Below, one piece after another: positions 35,336 through 44,992 of a stretch of 64,000 nucleotides of DNA. The position numbers and the translations under genes were made by a program. Source of the stretch: a virus (lineage: Duplodnaviria > Caudoviricetes); the IMG/VR virus record IMGVR_UViG_3300047160_004775, positions 1,162 through 65,161 of that record; one strand, written 5' to 3'. Numbering within the stretch: position 1 is the first letter of the stretch; every line of letters begins with the position of its first letter. The notes beneath the pieces were generated by a model. The model searched no databases, was not told where the DNA came from, and worked only from the letters and a program-made list of their open reading frames with translations.

Positions 35336-36256
35336 TCAGACGCCGGGCGTCCCAAAATACGAGCGCCAGTCGGTCACACCGCAGCTGAAGCGCATGTATT
35401 GCGCGGCCTTGGCGTTCTTCGTGTCGAAGTCATTGTCGGTGTCGAACATCGGCTTGTCCCGCCACAGGAACCGCGCCCCGTAGGGGCAGTTCGTGTGGAT
35501 GAACCAGGCCGTCGCCGACAGCAGGTAGTGGTTGGTCACGATCCCCTTGGGGAACATGCCCGAGGCCTTGATGACGTTGATCGCGTTCGTCGAGGTGTCG
35601 TTCTGGAGCACCGAGTTGACGATCCGCTGGGCGTCGTACCAGAGGGCCGGAGGGATGTTCAGGGACTGCGGGATCAGGGCGATCTTGTTGCCCCGGTAAT
35701 CCTGGGCCTGCATGATCTGGATCCCGAGATCTTCGATCGCGGTTTCCGACAGGTCGGCCGAGCTGGTCAGGACGTTGGACTGGTTCCCCACCATGGTCGG
35801 GTGCGAGTTCGAGATGAGCGCGGCGCCGTCGCCGATGGGATAGGAGGTGTTGAAGGCCTGGTTGAAGACGTTCGCGCCCACGATCTCCTCGGTTTGCCGG
35901 CCGGCGAAGGCCAGGGCCGACGAACGACGCTTCGAGACGGCTTCGTAGAGATCGTCGCGGAGCTCTTCGTAGGTGACGATGTAGCCGCCGGCGTAGGCCA
36001 CGTGGGTGTACCGCGTGACGGAGCCCTGGACTTCGGTGTCGTAGTTCACCGAAGCGCCCTGGTCCTTCTCGCGAAGCACCGAGAAGCCGCTGATTTCCAC
36101 GTCCTCCTCGTAGGCCTTGTCGGAGGTCTCGATGTCGAACCACTCGGGGTATTCCTGAACGTGTTCGGCGTACTGACGCCCCCACCAAGTCTTGATGCCC
36201 GGCCACAGAGCCTTTGGGTGTGCGCCGGTAGTGATAACGCCGCCGAGAGCAGCCAT
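35336..36256 (-). CDS. major capsid protein
   Basis: TSDKAYEEDVEISGF, RYTHVAYAGG, DLYE...ALAFAGRQTEE, TDNDFDTKNAK; follows the scaffold/decoration genes. Confidence 0.9.
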   Translation of the reverse strand: MAALGGVITTGAHPKALWPGIKTWWGRQYAEHVQEYPEWFDIETSDKAYEEDVEISGFSVLREKDQGASVNYDTEVQGSVTRYTHVAYAGGYIVTYEELRDDLYEAVSKRRSSALAFAGRQTEEIVGANVFNQAFNTSYPIGDGAALISNSHPTMVGNQSNVLTSSADLSETAIEDLGIQIMQAQDYRGNKIALIPQSLNIPPALWYDAQRIVNSVLQNDTSTNAINVIKASGMFPKGIVTNHYLLSATAWFIHTNCPYGARFLWRDKPMFDTDNDFDTKNAKAAQYMRFSCGVTDWRSYFGTPGV

Positions 36257-36283
36257 TTGAGTGTTTCCCTTCTGCTCTGAGCC

Positions 36284-36898
36284 TTAGACGCCCGAGAGGC
36301 CCCAGATCTGCGGCAGGTTGAGGCGCACGACCCACACGGCGTAGTTCCCGATGGCGTTTTGCGCCCCACGCAGCAGACCCATGAGACGGACCTGATAGGT
36401 GGTGTTGGCGGATGAGGAGACGCTGGAGCTCTGAAGCTGCCAGGACGAGTAGCCCGTGACAGTCGAGCCGCCGCCTCCGGCGACGAGGTTGCCGTTCGCC
36501 CCAGGGCCCGTCCCGGCGGCGATGGCGCCCCCGCTGGAGTCCTCCTGGATGGCGAAAAGCTGGTTCGGGTCATCGGCGATCAGGCCGTAGGCCAGGACGC
36601 CGCTCTGCACGTAGACCGGGAGGTCGCGCGTGACCGTGAAGACCGCGTTGCCGTTCCCCTGCGGACCGTTGGTCAGCCCGATGAATGGCCCGGCGACCAC
36701 GTGGGTGGCGCCGGCGGTGGCGAGCCCGACGTTCGGGACACCGTTGGCGTCGCCGCCGCCGGTGTAGACGAGGGGATCACCCAGGAAGACGTTGGCGGCG
36801 ATCGCGGCGGGGAAGCACACCATGCGGCCTTGACCGCTGAATGGCGTCCCGTTGTCATTGATCGGCCGCAAGCCAAATGGAGCATTATTGTTCGACAT
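36284..36898 (-). CDS. capsid-associated (cement/decoration-like) protein
   Basis: NAPFGLRP, VFLGDPL, DDPNQLFAIQ; directly upstream of the MCP. Confidence 0.75.
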   Translation of the reverse strand: MSNNNAPFGLRPINDNGTPFSGQGRMVCFPAAIAANVFLGDPLVYTGGGDANGVPNVGLATAGATHVVAGPFIGLTNGPQGNGNAVFTVTRDLPVYVQSGVLAYGLIADDPNQLFAIQEDSSGGAIAAGTGPGANGNLVAGGGGSTVTGYSSWQLQSSSVSSSANTTYQVRLMGLLRGAQNAIGNYAVWVVRLNLPQIWGLSGV

Positions 36899-36900
36899 GC

Positions 36901-37425
36901 TCAGATCCTTGCGAAATCGCCGAAGTGCTCATGCGCGGCTTTAGAGTAGGCCGCATGCGCCTCGTCGGCTGTTGCGTAGTAGCCGAGGCTTTTCAGGTCG
37001 CCATCCACGCGGATCATCGCCCGGTAGGGCTTCGTGCGACGCGGATTGCTGCTGAGAAAGACGCCCTTGACGGCGAGTGCCTTGTTCCTATGCACGGCCC
37101 GGTTCCGCGAGTTTTCCTTGAAAGTCGCGGCGCGCAGGTTGCCCCAACGGTTGTTCGCCTTGTTGAGGTCTTCGTGGTCGATGCGGTCGGTCGGCCACTG
37201 GCCGGCCATGTAGAGCCACGCGAGGCGCGCGGCCTGATAGCGCTTACCGTTGATCTTGATCAGCCAGTAGCCAGTGCTGAGGCTCAGCGAGCCAGCCACG
37301 TCCCCGATCCTGACGCCATTCGGACGCGCCACGCGCCAACGGAACACTACGGTCTCCGGCTCGTAGACCAGGAGACGACGAAGTTCCTCGGCAGTGAGCG
37401 CTGTATGGCGATCTCGGGGCTGCAA
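36901..37425 (-). CDS. HNH-AP2 homing endonuclease
   Basis: ARLAWLYMAGQWP..RIDHEDLNKANNRWGNLR plus AP2-like C-terminus (YRAMIR...LGYY.TA.EAH.AY...HFGDFA). Confidence 0.9.
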   Translation of the reverse strand: MQPRDRHTALTAEELRRLLVYEPETVVFRWRVARPNGVRIGDVAGSLSLSTGYWLIKINGKRYQAARLAWLYMAGQWPTDRIDHEDLNKANNRWGNLRAATFKENSRNRAVHRNKALAVKGVFLSSNPRRTKPYRAMIRVDGDLKSLGYYATADEAHAAYSKAAHEHFGDFARI

Positions 37426-37508
37426 ACGCAGGCCTCCATCAAGGATTTGCGGGGATGCGCGGGTGCTGGCCGCGTGACTGCAAAGCCCTGACGGAATCGA
37501 AGTGCGGG

Positions 37509-38282
37509 TTAGCGCTCGGCGATCCGAAGCGGAGTGCCCGCCTCAGTGGGGTCGTAGAACTTCCCCGCGTCCGCGCGTTTCATCGCGCCCTTTTCGGCAT
37601 CGAAGGCTCGGTTCTTCAGGCCGTCCATGACGGCGTAGGCGGCGTCGTGCTTCGCATTCTGGTCTTCCTTCCAGAACACGAGCGGAAGCTCCATCGCGTA
37701 GGCCCAGAGAGCGTTCCTGTCTCTTCCGGTGCCGACGCAGCGCTTGATGGGTTTGCCGTCTGTGCCTCTGACGAACGCCCACCCAGCAGCCGTTGCTTCC
37801 TGAATACGGCCAGCCACGTTGTTGAACCAGTGCCTGTGATACCCGCGTCGGGTCGGAAGCGCAAGCTTCTGGCTCATCGCGCCGAGCGGCTTGCGGGTCT
37901 CGCGGATCCTGCGGATCTCTTCGGGGCTCGGGCCCTCGCCGTCGTCCTCGGCCGCTGCGGCCTCGGTGATGTCGTGGTCCGCCGACAGATCGACGCCCTC
38001 GAACTCGTCGGCCTCGTCGTGCAGGCCCTCGGTGAAGTCGACGTCGCCGAGTTGGGAGACGCGGGCGATGTGCTCCTCGAGCTCTGCGTCCAGCGCGCCG
38101 TCGTCGATGATGTCGTCGCCCGGATCGTACATCAGCGGCGGCGCGCTGCGGGACGCGGCGCTGTCGGGCACGCGCGGCCCCGTTCCGCGGGACTGGTTCT
38201 GCGGGCCAGCGGCGGCGCGCGGCGCGGCCTTCTTCGCAGCGGGCTTGGCGGCAGCGGGCGCCTTGCGATTACGCGTGACCAT
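37509..38282 (-). CDS. head-module protein
   Basis: Acidic N-terminus; RRGYHRHWFNN..GRI..A..AGWAFV motif. Confidence 0.75.
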   Translation of the reverse strand: MVTRNRKAPAAAKPAAKKAAPRAAAGPQNQSRGTGPRVPDSAASRSAPPLMYDPGDDIIDDGALDAELEEHIARVSQLGDVDFTEGLHDEADEFEGVDLSADHDITEAAAAEDDGEGPSPEEIRRIRETRKPLGAMSQKLALPTRRGYHRHWFNNVAGRIQEATAAGWAFVRGTDGKPIKRCVGTGRDRNALWAYAMELPLVFWKEDQNAKHDAAYAVMDGLKNRAFDAEKGAMKRADAGKFYDPTEAGTPLRIAER

Positions 38283-39307
38283 CAGGGCTTCCTCCGGCGA
38301 CGGAGCTCGAGGGCGTCCGCCTTGGGGTTGGTGTAGATCTCCATGTACTCCGCCGCCGTGAGGCCGGGATCCTGGCCGCGCAGGCGCTGATAGGTGGAGT
38401 GCGCCTCGGCGCGTTCCGCCGGATCCTCGATCACATCGAAGGGCGAGCGCTGGCGAGCTCCGCCAGGCGCGATCGGCGCGCGGGACGGGGCGGCGACAGA
38501 AGCGGCGCGCCTCGGCGCCGGCACGGCAGGGCGGCGTTCGGGCACTGGCGGTTCCTCTTCGAATTCATCATCCATCCCGGGCGCGGGCTGGAAGTCCTGG
38601 GGGTACATCTCGACGAGCCGACGCTTGGCCTCTTCGAGTTGCTCGGCGACATCAGTGAGCTCCCGCTCGGCGATCACCGCGCTGTGGAAGTTGATGATGC
38701 CCTGCTTGAGGTGCGGCCGCTTGGCGTCGAAGAACCAACGGTTGATGGGATCCCGCGTGAAGGCCAGGACCGCCGGGTCGATGCCGCCTTGCGCTGGTGC
38801 GGGGGTTGGGGGGGCGGCTGCGGGCGTCTCGGGCGCCTCCTCCGCAGCGGCCTGGGTGCGCTCTACTTCCATCGCGTCGATCTCGGCGCCGAGTTGGTCG
38901 AACGCCACCATGTCGCCCTGCTCGGCGGCCAGACGCTGCTTGCCCTTGAGTTCGCGCTTGGCGCGTTCGTAGCCCGCCTTCGAGGCGCCGCGGGCCAGTC
39001 GGAGGGCTTCCTTGACGGCCTGCGCCTGCTCGGCGCTGGTGCGGCGCATCGTCTCGAGCTGCTCGCTCATCCGCGTCACCTTGGTGCTCAGGCGGAAGTT
39101 CTGATCGCGCAGCACCGGGAGCTCCTCCATGCCCTTCTTGACGAAGTCCTCGGCGCTCATCTGGTGCCGCGGGTCGCCGCGGAACTCGCCGGGAGGCTTC
39201 CACCCCATCGCGCGGGCCTGGTCCTCGATGCTGATCGGCGGACCCTCGAGGTACTCGTCCGTCGGATCCATCTCGGAACCGATCTCGGAGTCGTGGATCG
39301 CGCTCAT
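38282..39307 (-). CDS. capsid scaffolding protein
   Basis: ARAMGWKP..EFRGD...SAEDFVKKG plus long coiled coil. Confidence 0.8.
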   Translation of the reverse strand: MSAIHDSEIGSEMDPTDEYLEGPPISIEDQARAMGWKPPGEFRGDPRHQMSAEDFVKKGMEELPVLRDQNFRLSTKVTRMSEQLETMRRTSAEQAQAVKEALRLARGASKAGYERAKRELKGKQRLAAEQGDMVAFDQLGAEIDAMEVERTQAAAEEAPETPAAAPPTPAPAQGGIDPAVLAFTRDPINRWFFDAKRPHLKQGIINFHSAVIAERELTDVAEQLEEAKRRLVEMYPQDFQPAPGMDDEFEEEPPVPERRPAVPAPRRAASVAAPSRAPIAPGGARQRSPFDVIEDPAERAEAHSTYQRLRGQDPGLTAAEYMEIYTNPKADALELRRRRKP

Positions 39308-39777
39308 GCGGCGTCTCCCTGCAAGTCGGCGAACTGCTCGTCGTCCGCGTAGCCGAAGTCCATCCGGGCGCCGATCATGTCGCACTCGATGAGGCGGTAG
39401 ACCATGTCGTCACGTCCTCGGCACTGGATGCCGGCGTACTTCTCGATGTAGATTCGATCACCGACCCTGAGGGCTTCGCCGGTCCACGCGCGTCCGTCGC
39501 GGTAGCTTTTGAAGGCGCCGGGCCCGAGGGCGTAGATGCACGCCGTCTCCGAGGCCTCGTTCATCGCGTCGATCTTGGCGTCCGGCAGGATCACCCCGCC
39601 CGCCGTCATGTTGGCCATCATGTCCATGCGGACGAGGATGTTGCGGCCGATGGGCGTGTAGCCGGACGTGTTCACCCCGGTCCAACGCGCCGGGATGAAG
39701 GTCCCCTGCATGTTCTGCAGGAGCCGTTGCGGCAGGCTCGACACTTCAGCGTCGGCCCCGCGGGGAGCTTTGGTCAC
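39304..39777 (-). CDS. GroES/Cpn10-like co-chaperonin
   Basis: PIGRNILVR...TAGGVILPD...ALGPG...VGDRI..EKYAG...YRLI. Confidence 0.85.
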   Translation of the reverse strand: MTKAPRGADAEVSSLPQRLLQNMQGTFIPARWTGVNTSGYTPIGRNILVRMDMMANMTAGGVILPDAKIDAMNEASETACIYALGPGAFKSYRDGRAWTGEALRVGDRIYIEKYAGIQCRGRDDMVYRLIECDMIGARMDFGYADDEQFADLQGDAA

Positions 39778-40100
39778 GTGCCTGGTTCCTCGTTTTCCTC
39801 AACGGCAGGCTCCTCGTGGAGCACGCCGTAGAACCTTTGGATGTCACTCAGACTGATTCCCCGCAACAGCCTTAGCGTTGCGAGCTTGCCGCGGACCACG
39901 TCGATGTTCTGGTCCTCGTGCTCCGCGCCGGGCTTCAGATGGCCATATTCCACGAGGTCGGCGGCGATCTCGCGCCAGTTCTCGTGCTGGTGGGACAGGA
40001 AGTCGAAAAAGGCCTTCGTGATGGGGCTGTGCATCCACTGCGCCCAGGACTCCTGGCCCATCTCTTCGAACAATTGTCTTGGGTCGAAGTCCACGCTCAA
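39774..40100 (-). CDS. hypothetical protein downstream of the portal
   Basis: Overlap-coupled at both ends; W..SPITKAFF motif. Confidence 0.7.
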   Translation of the reverse strand: MSVDFDPRQLFEEMGQESWAQWMHSPITKAFFDFLSHQHENWREIAADLVEYGHLKPGAEHEDQNIDVVRGKLATLRLLRGISLSDIQRFYGVLHEEPAVEENEEPGT

Positions 40101-42532
40101 CCCTCCATTGTCGGTCCGGCCGCGTCCGGCAACCCGCCACCGAGCGCATCAGCGCCCGGTGGTCCACCGGGCGCGGGCTTGGTGACTGCGGGCCCTGGGG
40201 TAGTGACGGGAGCCTGCGGGAACGGTCCTGTGGGCCCTGGCGTCGGCTGCGCGCCCGGTCCGGCGCTCGCGGTTTCCAGCGCGTTGAGCGCCATGTCGTG
40301 GGCGCGGTCCAGGGCGTTCTCGCGGGCCTCGTGCTGCCGGTCCATGTGGTCGCCGATCATGTCGGCCATGCCGGAGCGCCGCTGATGGTCGAGCGCCTGC
40401 GAACGGGTGTCGGCGTTCAGGGACTCGATGCTCAGGCGCAGGAAGTCAAGTTGGGCCTGGATAAAGGCCTCCTCGCCGGCGGTGGCGTTCTTGCGAGCGA
40501 GGGCCATGTTGAGGAAGGCCTGCGTCTGGTCCTTCATCTCCGCAGCCCGCATCTTGCCGAGTTCGGCTTGCTGCATGGCCATCGCGAACTGCGCCTGCTG
40601 GGCGTTCGGCTTGGAAAAGAGGTCGTCGATCCGGTCCATGCCAGCTGCGTCGAAAAGCCGGCGCCGGATCTCCACTTGGTCGATCAACGGGTCGCCGTTG
40701 AACTCCATGAGGATCTGCGCCCGCCCGAGCTTCTGCATGTCGGTGAGCATGGTCGGGTCGGCGATGGGCTCGACGCCGCCGCCCTTCTTGTAGTCGTCGG
40801 GCTCGATCTCCCGGTACTCGTCGCCGATGGTGTAGCCCTCGGCGGCCTGCACGTGGCGGCGGTTCAGGCGATAGAGCTTATCGAGCTCCGACTTCTCCGC
40901 GAGGAACACGCGCTTGTGGATCGCGGTGTAGATCTTCATGCCCTGTTCGATCAGGGCGAGCACGGTGGTGGGCGGTGCGTTGGCGATCGAGGCGTCGCCG
41001 GCCAGGATGTTGCCCGTGGAGGCGAGCTTCTCCGCAGCCTGGAGCAGCGTACCGAGGAGTTGGAACAGGACCGTCGAGGGGCCGGGGAACGGAATCGGGA
41101 ACACCGACGCCCGGATGTCCACGCCCTTGGTCGTTACCCTGGTGTAGCGACCGACCTGGAACAGCGTCTGTCCCGACGGAAGCCCTAGCTGGTCGGAGAC
41201 GAAGCCGCCCCCGGCGTTCTGCAGCGTGGCGGCGTCGAACATCTGGTTGACGGCCGTGTTGACGGCGGCGTTGAGGGGCTTGAGCAGGGTGCCGAAGCCG
41301 ACTGGATAACAGCCGTCGTCCATCGCCGGCAGGAAGCTGTAGAGCGTGTACTTCGGATCGGGCTCGATCCGCAGGATGGTTTCGCCGTCCTCGGAGGCAT
41401 GGACCCCGTCCTCGGCGTAGTTCGCGACAATGCGGACCGTCTTGGCCGACCGGAGGTGCACCGTGACGATGTAGGGCTCGGCGTAGCCATCGCCGTCGAG
41501 GTCCAGGCGGCGGTGTTGCTCGAGGTAGACGTGGGGCGAGTCCTCGTCTCCCTGGTCGGCCGACACCACGCTCTGGTTCCAACCCCAGGTTTCACCTTCT
41601 CCGCCGCCGCCCGGGCCATAGGTCTGCGGCAGGAACTCGTCCGCGCGTTCAGCCTCGACGATCTCATGCGGATACTTGAGGAGCTTCTCCGTGTGCCGCG
41701 GCGCGGCGTTGAACGAAGGCGCATGGTAGTTCCACACGATATTGGCCAGCGAAACGAGTTCGGAGCGGTTGCGGCCCTCCTTGCCGTCGTACCACGTCTT
41801 GCGCACCACCCCGCCGACGATGGGCAACTGGATCAGCAGCTGATCGGTCTGGTCCTGCCACTCCGGCATCTGGTGGAGCAACTGCCAGCTCATGTGCTCG
41901 CCGATGCGGTCGGCGCGCTTCCGCTTCGCGCCTGGCGGGACGAGCCAGTTTGGGATGGGCTGCCCGTCCGGCCCCGGGATCATCGGGAGCGGCCTGCCAT
42001 CGGGCTTGCCGTCCACGGTCGCCGGCTGGCCGTCGTCCGATCCCCAAACGATGCCTTTGACCACCTTGCGGTTCTGGATGATCGCGGGGAACAGGCGGGC
42101 GTTGAACTCGACGGCGCTCTGGGCGATCAGCGGGTAGATGACGTTCGAGGCTTTGGGCCACGGAAACTGCTTCTGCTCCGCGACCTGGGTGGCGAACTTC
42201 ACGGCCTTCTCGGCGCGGTCCCACCAGTCCTTCCGGCTGTTCTCGTCGATCTGAAAGTCCTCGACGATCGTAGCGCCGATCTGGTCGAGGATCTCGCCGT
42301 CAAGGTAGCGGGCGATGTTGGAATCGTCGATCTGCTCAACGAGCACTTCGTAGAGGCTGCCCTTGGGCCGCTTCAGCGCCGGTGAGCGGTCTTCAGGCTC
42401 GACCTCTGGGTCTTCCCCTTCGGGATCGAACTCCTCCTGATGCTCAGGCGCTTCCAGGCCGGTGGCGTTCTCGTAGTCGTCCTCGGGCCGGCTCACCATC
42501 GCGACCCGCGACAGGGAAGACTCGATTGCCAT
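40097..42532 (-). CDS. portal protein (podovirus type)
   Basis: 811 aa; FPWPKASNV.YPL, YPVGFGTLL.P.N.AVN..VNQM.DA, IHKR....EL motifs. Confidence 0.9.
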   Translation of the reverse strand: MAIESSLSRVAMVSRPEDDYENATGLEAPEHQEEFDPEGEDPEVEPEDRSPALKRPKGSLYEVLVEQIDDSNIARYLDGEILDQIGATIVEDFQIDENSRKDWWDRAEKAVKFATQVAEQKQFPWPKASNVIYPLIAQSAVEFNARLFPAIIQNRKVVKGIVWGSDDGQPATVDGKPDGRPLPMIPGPDGQPIPNWLVPPGAKRKRADRIGEHMSWQLLHQMPEWQDQTDQLLIQLPIVGGVVRKTWYDGKEGRNRSELVSLANIVWNYHAPSFNAAPRHTEKLLKYPHEIVEAERADEFLPQTYGPGGGGEGETWGWNQSVVSADQGDEDSPHVYLEQHRRLDLDGDGYAEPYIVTVHLRSAKTVRIVANYAEDGVHASEDGETILRIEPDPKYTLYSFLPAMDDGCYPVGFGTLLKPLNAAVNTAVNQMFDAATLQNAGGGFVSDQLGLPSGQTLFQVGRYTRVTTKGVDIRASVFPIPFPGPSTVLFQLLGTLLQAAEKLASTGNILAGDASIANAPPTTVLALIEQGMKIYTAIHKRVFLAEKSELDKLYRLNRRHVQAAEGYTIGDEYREIEPDDYKKGGGVEPIADPTMLTDMQKLGRAQILMEFNGDPLIDQVEIRRRLFDAAGMDRIDDLFSKPNAQQAQFAMAMQQAELGKMRAAEMKDQTQAFLNMALARKNATAGEEAFIQAQLDFLRLSIESLNADTRSQALDHQRRSGMADMIGDHMDRQHEARENALDRAHDMALNALETASAGPGAQPTPGPTGPFPQAPVTTPGPAVTKPAPGGPPGADALGGGLPDAAGPTMEG

Positions 42533-42669
42533 AGCGCGCTCCCAGCGAAGGCTGTTGTCCTGACTTGCGCGCGCTCGTGCGCCGTGTCAAACCAGCTACG
42601 CCGTGGTTCGGAGGCGAGCGCTCCGGTCTGCCCCCCATGCCTCGCCGGAGGCCTCGGGCCACGGCAACC

Positions 42670-42840
42670 CTACTTCCTGCGCTTGCGCCTCTTCACCACC
42701 GCGTTCGCTTCGCGGATGGCGCGGCCTTCATTCCCTGTCTTAGCCAGCACGCCGTTGGCGACATCGCGCCACTGCCTTCGTGCCTTCGCGCCTTTGGCCT
42801 TTTTGGTTTTCTTGGGGGCATCAGCCGGCGTCCAGGGCAT
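42670..42840 (-). CDS. small basic protein (ChaB-like)
   Basis: MPWTPADA.K.TKKA...RQW..VAN..L...G.EGRAIREANAVV. Confidence 0.65.
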   Translation of the reverse strand: MPWTPADAPKKTKKAKGAKARRQWRDVANGVLAKTGNEGRAIREANAVVKRRKRRK

Positions 42841-42917
42841 TGGGCGCTCCTGCTCCAAGTCGGCCGGGGCGACCCACCCTTGTGAAAACCCCGACCGACC
42901 CGGTTAGCGAAGCGAAG

Positions 42918-43139
42918 CTAGACGATCCGGCGCGCCTTGTGAACCGACTTGATCTTCGAGGTGAAGTAGCCGCCGACGGACTGCGCGCCCTTCATGGCTT
43001 CGACCTTCTCGATGGGCACGTCGCTGTAGGCGTGCACGGCTCCTCCGGGGAACTGGATGTGGAGCTCCCGCTTGTCCGGGTCGTAGGCATAGCCGGTCAT
43101 CGCCGAGGATTTGATGGGGGTGAGCTCGGGGTGCTTCAT
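42918..43139 (-). CDS. KTSC-domain protein
   Basis: SSAMTGYAYDPDKRELHIQF..G.V..Y.DVP......A.SVGGYF. Confidence 0.88.
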   Translation of the reverse strand: MKHPELTPIKSSAMTGYAYDPDKRELHIQFPGGAVHAYSDVPIEKVEAMKGAQSVGGYFTSKIKSVHKARRIV

Positions 43140-43142
43140 GGG

Positions 43143-43418
43143 TCAGTCCTTCCTGGAGCCGTCGGCGATCCCGTGCGTCGCGATGGCGAGGAGCCCGAGC
43201 GCCCGGCTCGATTCCTTGCTGGCGTTCCAGAAGCCGAAGTCGGTCCCGTCGTGCCAACAGACCACCACGTCCTGCAGCACGCAGCGGCCGGCGTCGTGCT
43301 CGCGCAGCATGTGGATCAGCAGATCACGAGGCGACCACTTGTCAGCGGCCTCAGCCTTGAGCGCGCGGCGTTCGCCTGGCGTCAGCGGCTCTTTACTGAA
43401 GTCGTGGTCATCGGCCAT
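43143..43418 (-). CDS. hypothetical protein
   Basis: 91 aa; GGGAGG RBS. Confidence 0.65.
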   Translation of the reverse strand: MADDHDFSKEPLTPGERRALKAEAADKWSPRDLLIHMLREHDAGRCVLQDVVVCWHDGTDFGFWNASKESSRALGLLAIATHGIADGSRKD

Positions 43419-43698
43419 TGAAGATCTCCTCCCAGGGTTTGTCGCCGTGGGCCTCGAGGCGCGCGCATTCCGCATCGAACCACTTCTTCATGCCCGGCCA
43501 GAGCATGTCAGGGTGGATCGACTGGGTGATGACCTTCGTCATGACGATCCCGGATTCGTCGGCGAGCGCGACGGCGGTAAAGTCCTCTCCCCCCGCGACG
43601 TCGACGGCCAGGACCATGGGCGAGCGCGACAGCGTGATCGCCGCAGGCGCGGCGGCGGCGGCGGCCAGCAGCCCCAGGAATCCACGGCGAGTCGTCAT
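43408..43698 (-). CDS. twin-arginine-signal protein with capsid N-arm-like segment
   Basis: TRRGFL plus hydrophobic h-region; VITQSIHPDMLWPGMKKWF matches the MCP N-terminus. Confidence 0.75.
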   Translation of the reverse strand: MTTRRGFLGLLAAAAAAPAAITLSRSPMVLAVDVAGGEDFTAVALADESGIVMTKVITQSIHPDMLWPGMKKWFDAECARLEAHGDKPWEEIFNGR

Positions 43699-44060
43699 GA
43701 GAACCTCCGTCGTCTGTGCGGCAGCCGGCGCGGGCCGTCGCCTTCATGCCCGAACCGCTCGGCGTACCAGGCGCGGAAGGTGCGGATCAGGAAGGCCTCG
43801 TCCTCGTGCTCGATGAGGAGGTCCAGCCAGACCACCGCGTTGATCTGGCGTTCCCATGTGACGATCAGCATCCGGCTGGCGGTCGGCACTTGGTCCAGGG
43901 CCAGGAGATCCGCCCGTTGGCCGCTGGGCTCCATGCGAAGGAGCGCCTCGAGCTGCAAGACGTGCAGATGCCGGCGCGGCTGGTTCTCGGGCGCGTAGTC
44001 GCTGGCCTTGCGCCCGCGCAGGGCTGCGATCCGGGCGATGTCGGCCTCAAGCGCGCTCAT
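43695..44060 (-). CDS. hypothetical protein
   Basis: Overlap-coupled ORF. Confidence 0.6.
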   Translation of the reverse strand: MSALEADIARIAALRGRKASDYAPENQPRRHLHVLQLEALLRMEPSGQRADLLALDQVPTASRMLIVTWERQINAVVWLDLLIEHEDEAFLIRTFRAWYAERFGHEGDGPRRLPHRRRRFS

Positions 44061-44265
44061 CAGCCCATCGGATTTGCATGGCTGGAAAATGCCAGCTGAT
44101 CGCGTTCCAGTTTCCCCATGTGATCCACGCTGTCGCCGGCGTATCATCCGTCGCTATCTGCCGGGCGAGCGCGAGGATTCGCACCTTTCCTTCTTCGTGG
44201 GTGAACCCGACGAAGTCGAAGGTGCGCCCGTCGGCCGTCTCGACGTAATAGCGGGCGGCGCTCAT
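44047..44265 (-). CDS. hypothetical protein
   Basis: ATGA-coupled; 72 aa. Confidence 0.6.
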   Translation of the reverse strand: MSAARYYVETADGRTFDFVGFTHEEGKVRILALARQIATDDTPATAWITWGNWNAISWHFPAMQIRWADERA

Positions 44266-44504
44266 GTGAACTCCGGCCCGACGACGCTGAAGGTCCCCTC
44301 GATCGTGACGGGGCGCACCAGGCGGTAACGCACCGCGCCGCACTCAGGGTCACGCGTGACATGGAGTTCGCACGAAGCCATCGCGTGCTTGTGCTGGTTG
44401 CCGATGACGAGCTCCTTCGTGCCGGTCGCCAGCATCGCCTCGATCAAAGCTCCCAGCCTGATGCGCTCGCGTTCATCGTTCCGGATCTCGTGCTGCGCGG
44501 TCAT
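44262..44504 (-). CDS. hypothetical protein
   Basis: 80 aa; GGGGG RBS. Confidence 0.6.
   Translation of the reverse strand: MTAQHEIRNDERERIRLGALIEAMLATGTKELVIGNQHKHAMASCELHVTRDPECGAVRYRLVRPVTIEGTFSVVGPEFT
44349..44360. repeat. palindrome GTCACGCGTGAC
   Basis: Exact copy inside a CDS. Confidence 0.95.
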
Positions 44505-44555
44505 GTCGCCCCCTGAGACGGCTACGCTAGCGTGAGCCGAGGCGACGGGAAAGCC

Positions 44556-44789
44556 CTACTCCAAAGCTTCTTCGATGCACTTCGCGACCCCCGAGAGCTT
44601 TTCGAGGCTGTCGTACTCGGTGGTGACGACGGCGCCGAGCAAGTGGAGCTCGAGTGAGTACCTGTCGGCTGATTTCCAGGTCTGCAGGGCGACGAACTTC
44701 GCCGGGTCGAAGATCAGGTGCGGTGCGCCGGCCAGTTCGATCACCACGCGCCCGTAGGCGATGCGGCGGCTAACTGTCACGCGTGACAT
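44556..44789 (-). CDS. hypothetical protein
   Basis: 77 aa from MSRVTV. Confidence 0.6.
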   Translation of the reverse strand: MSRVTVSRRIAYGRVVIELAGAPHLIFDPAKFVALQTWKSADRYSLELHLLGAVVTTEYDSLEKLSGVAKCIEEALE

Positions 44790-44991
44790 CGCGTGGTCCA
44801 AGCCCGAGCGCCCAAGCGCGCATGTCGAGCGCGGTGGCGAAGGTCTGCTGTTCGAACACTTCGCCGGATCCACGGCAGGTCGGGCACTCCCTGGCGACCA
44901 TCAGCACCATCGCGAAGTGGCCAGAGCCGTTGCACCAGGGACATGGCACAACGCGCAGGATAGGCTCTTCCAACAGCAGAGGACTGGCCAT
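44770..44991 (-). CDS. DnaJ-type zinc-finger small protein
   Basis: CPWCNGSG...CPTCRGSG. Confidence 0.7.
   Translation of the reverse strand: MASPLLLEEPILRVVPCPWCNGSGHFAMVLMVARECPTCRGSGEVFEQQTFATALDMRAWALGLGPRDVTRDS
44776..44787. repeat. palindrome GTCACGCGTGAC
   Basis: Exact copy overlapping the ATG at 44789. Confidence 0.95.
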
Positions 44992-44992
44992 C

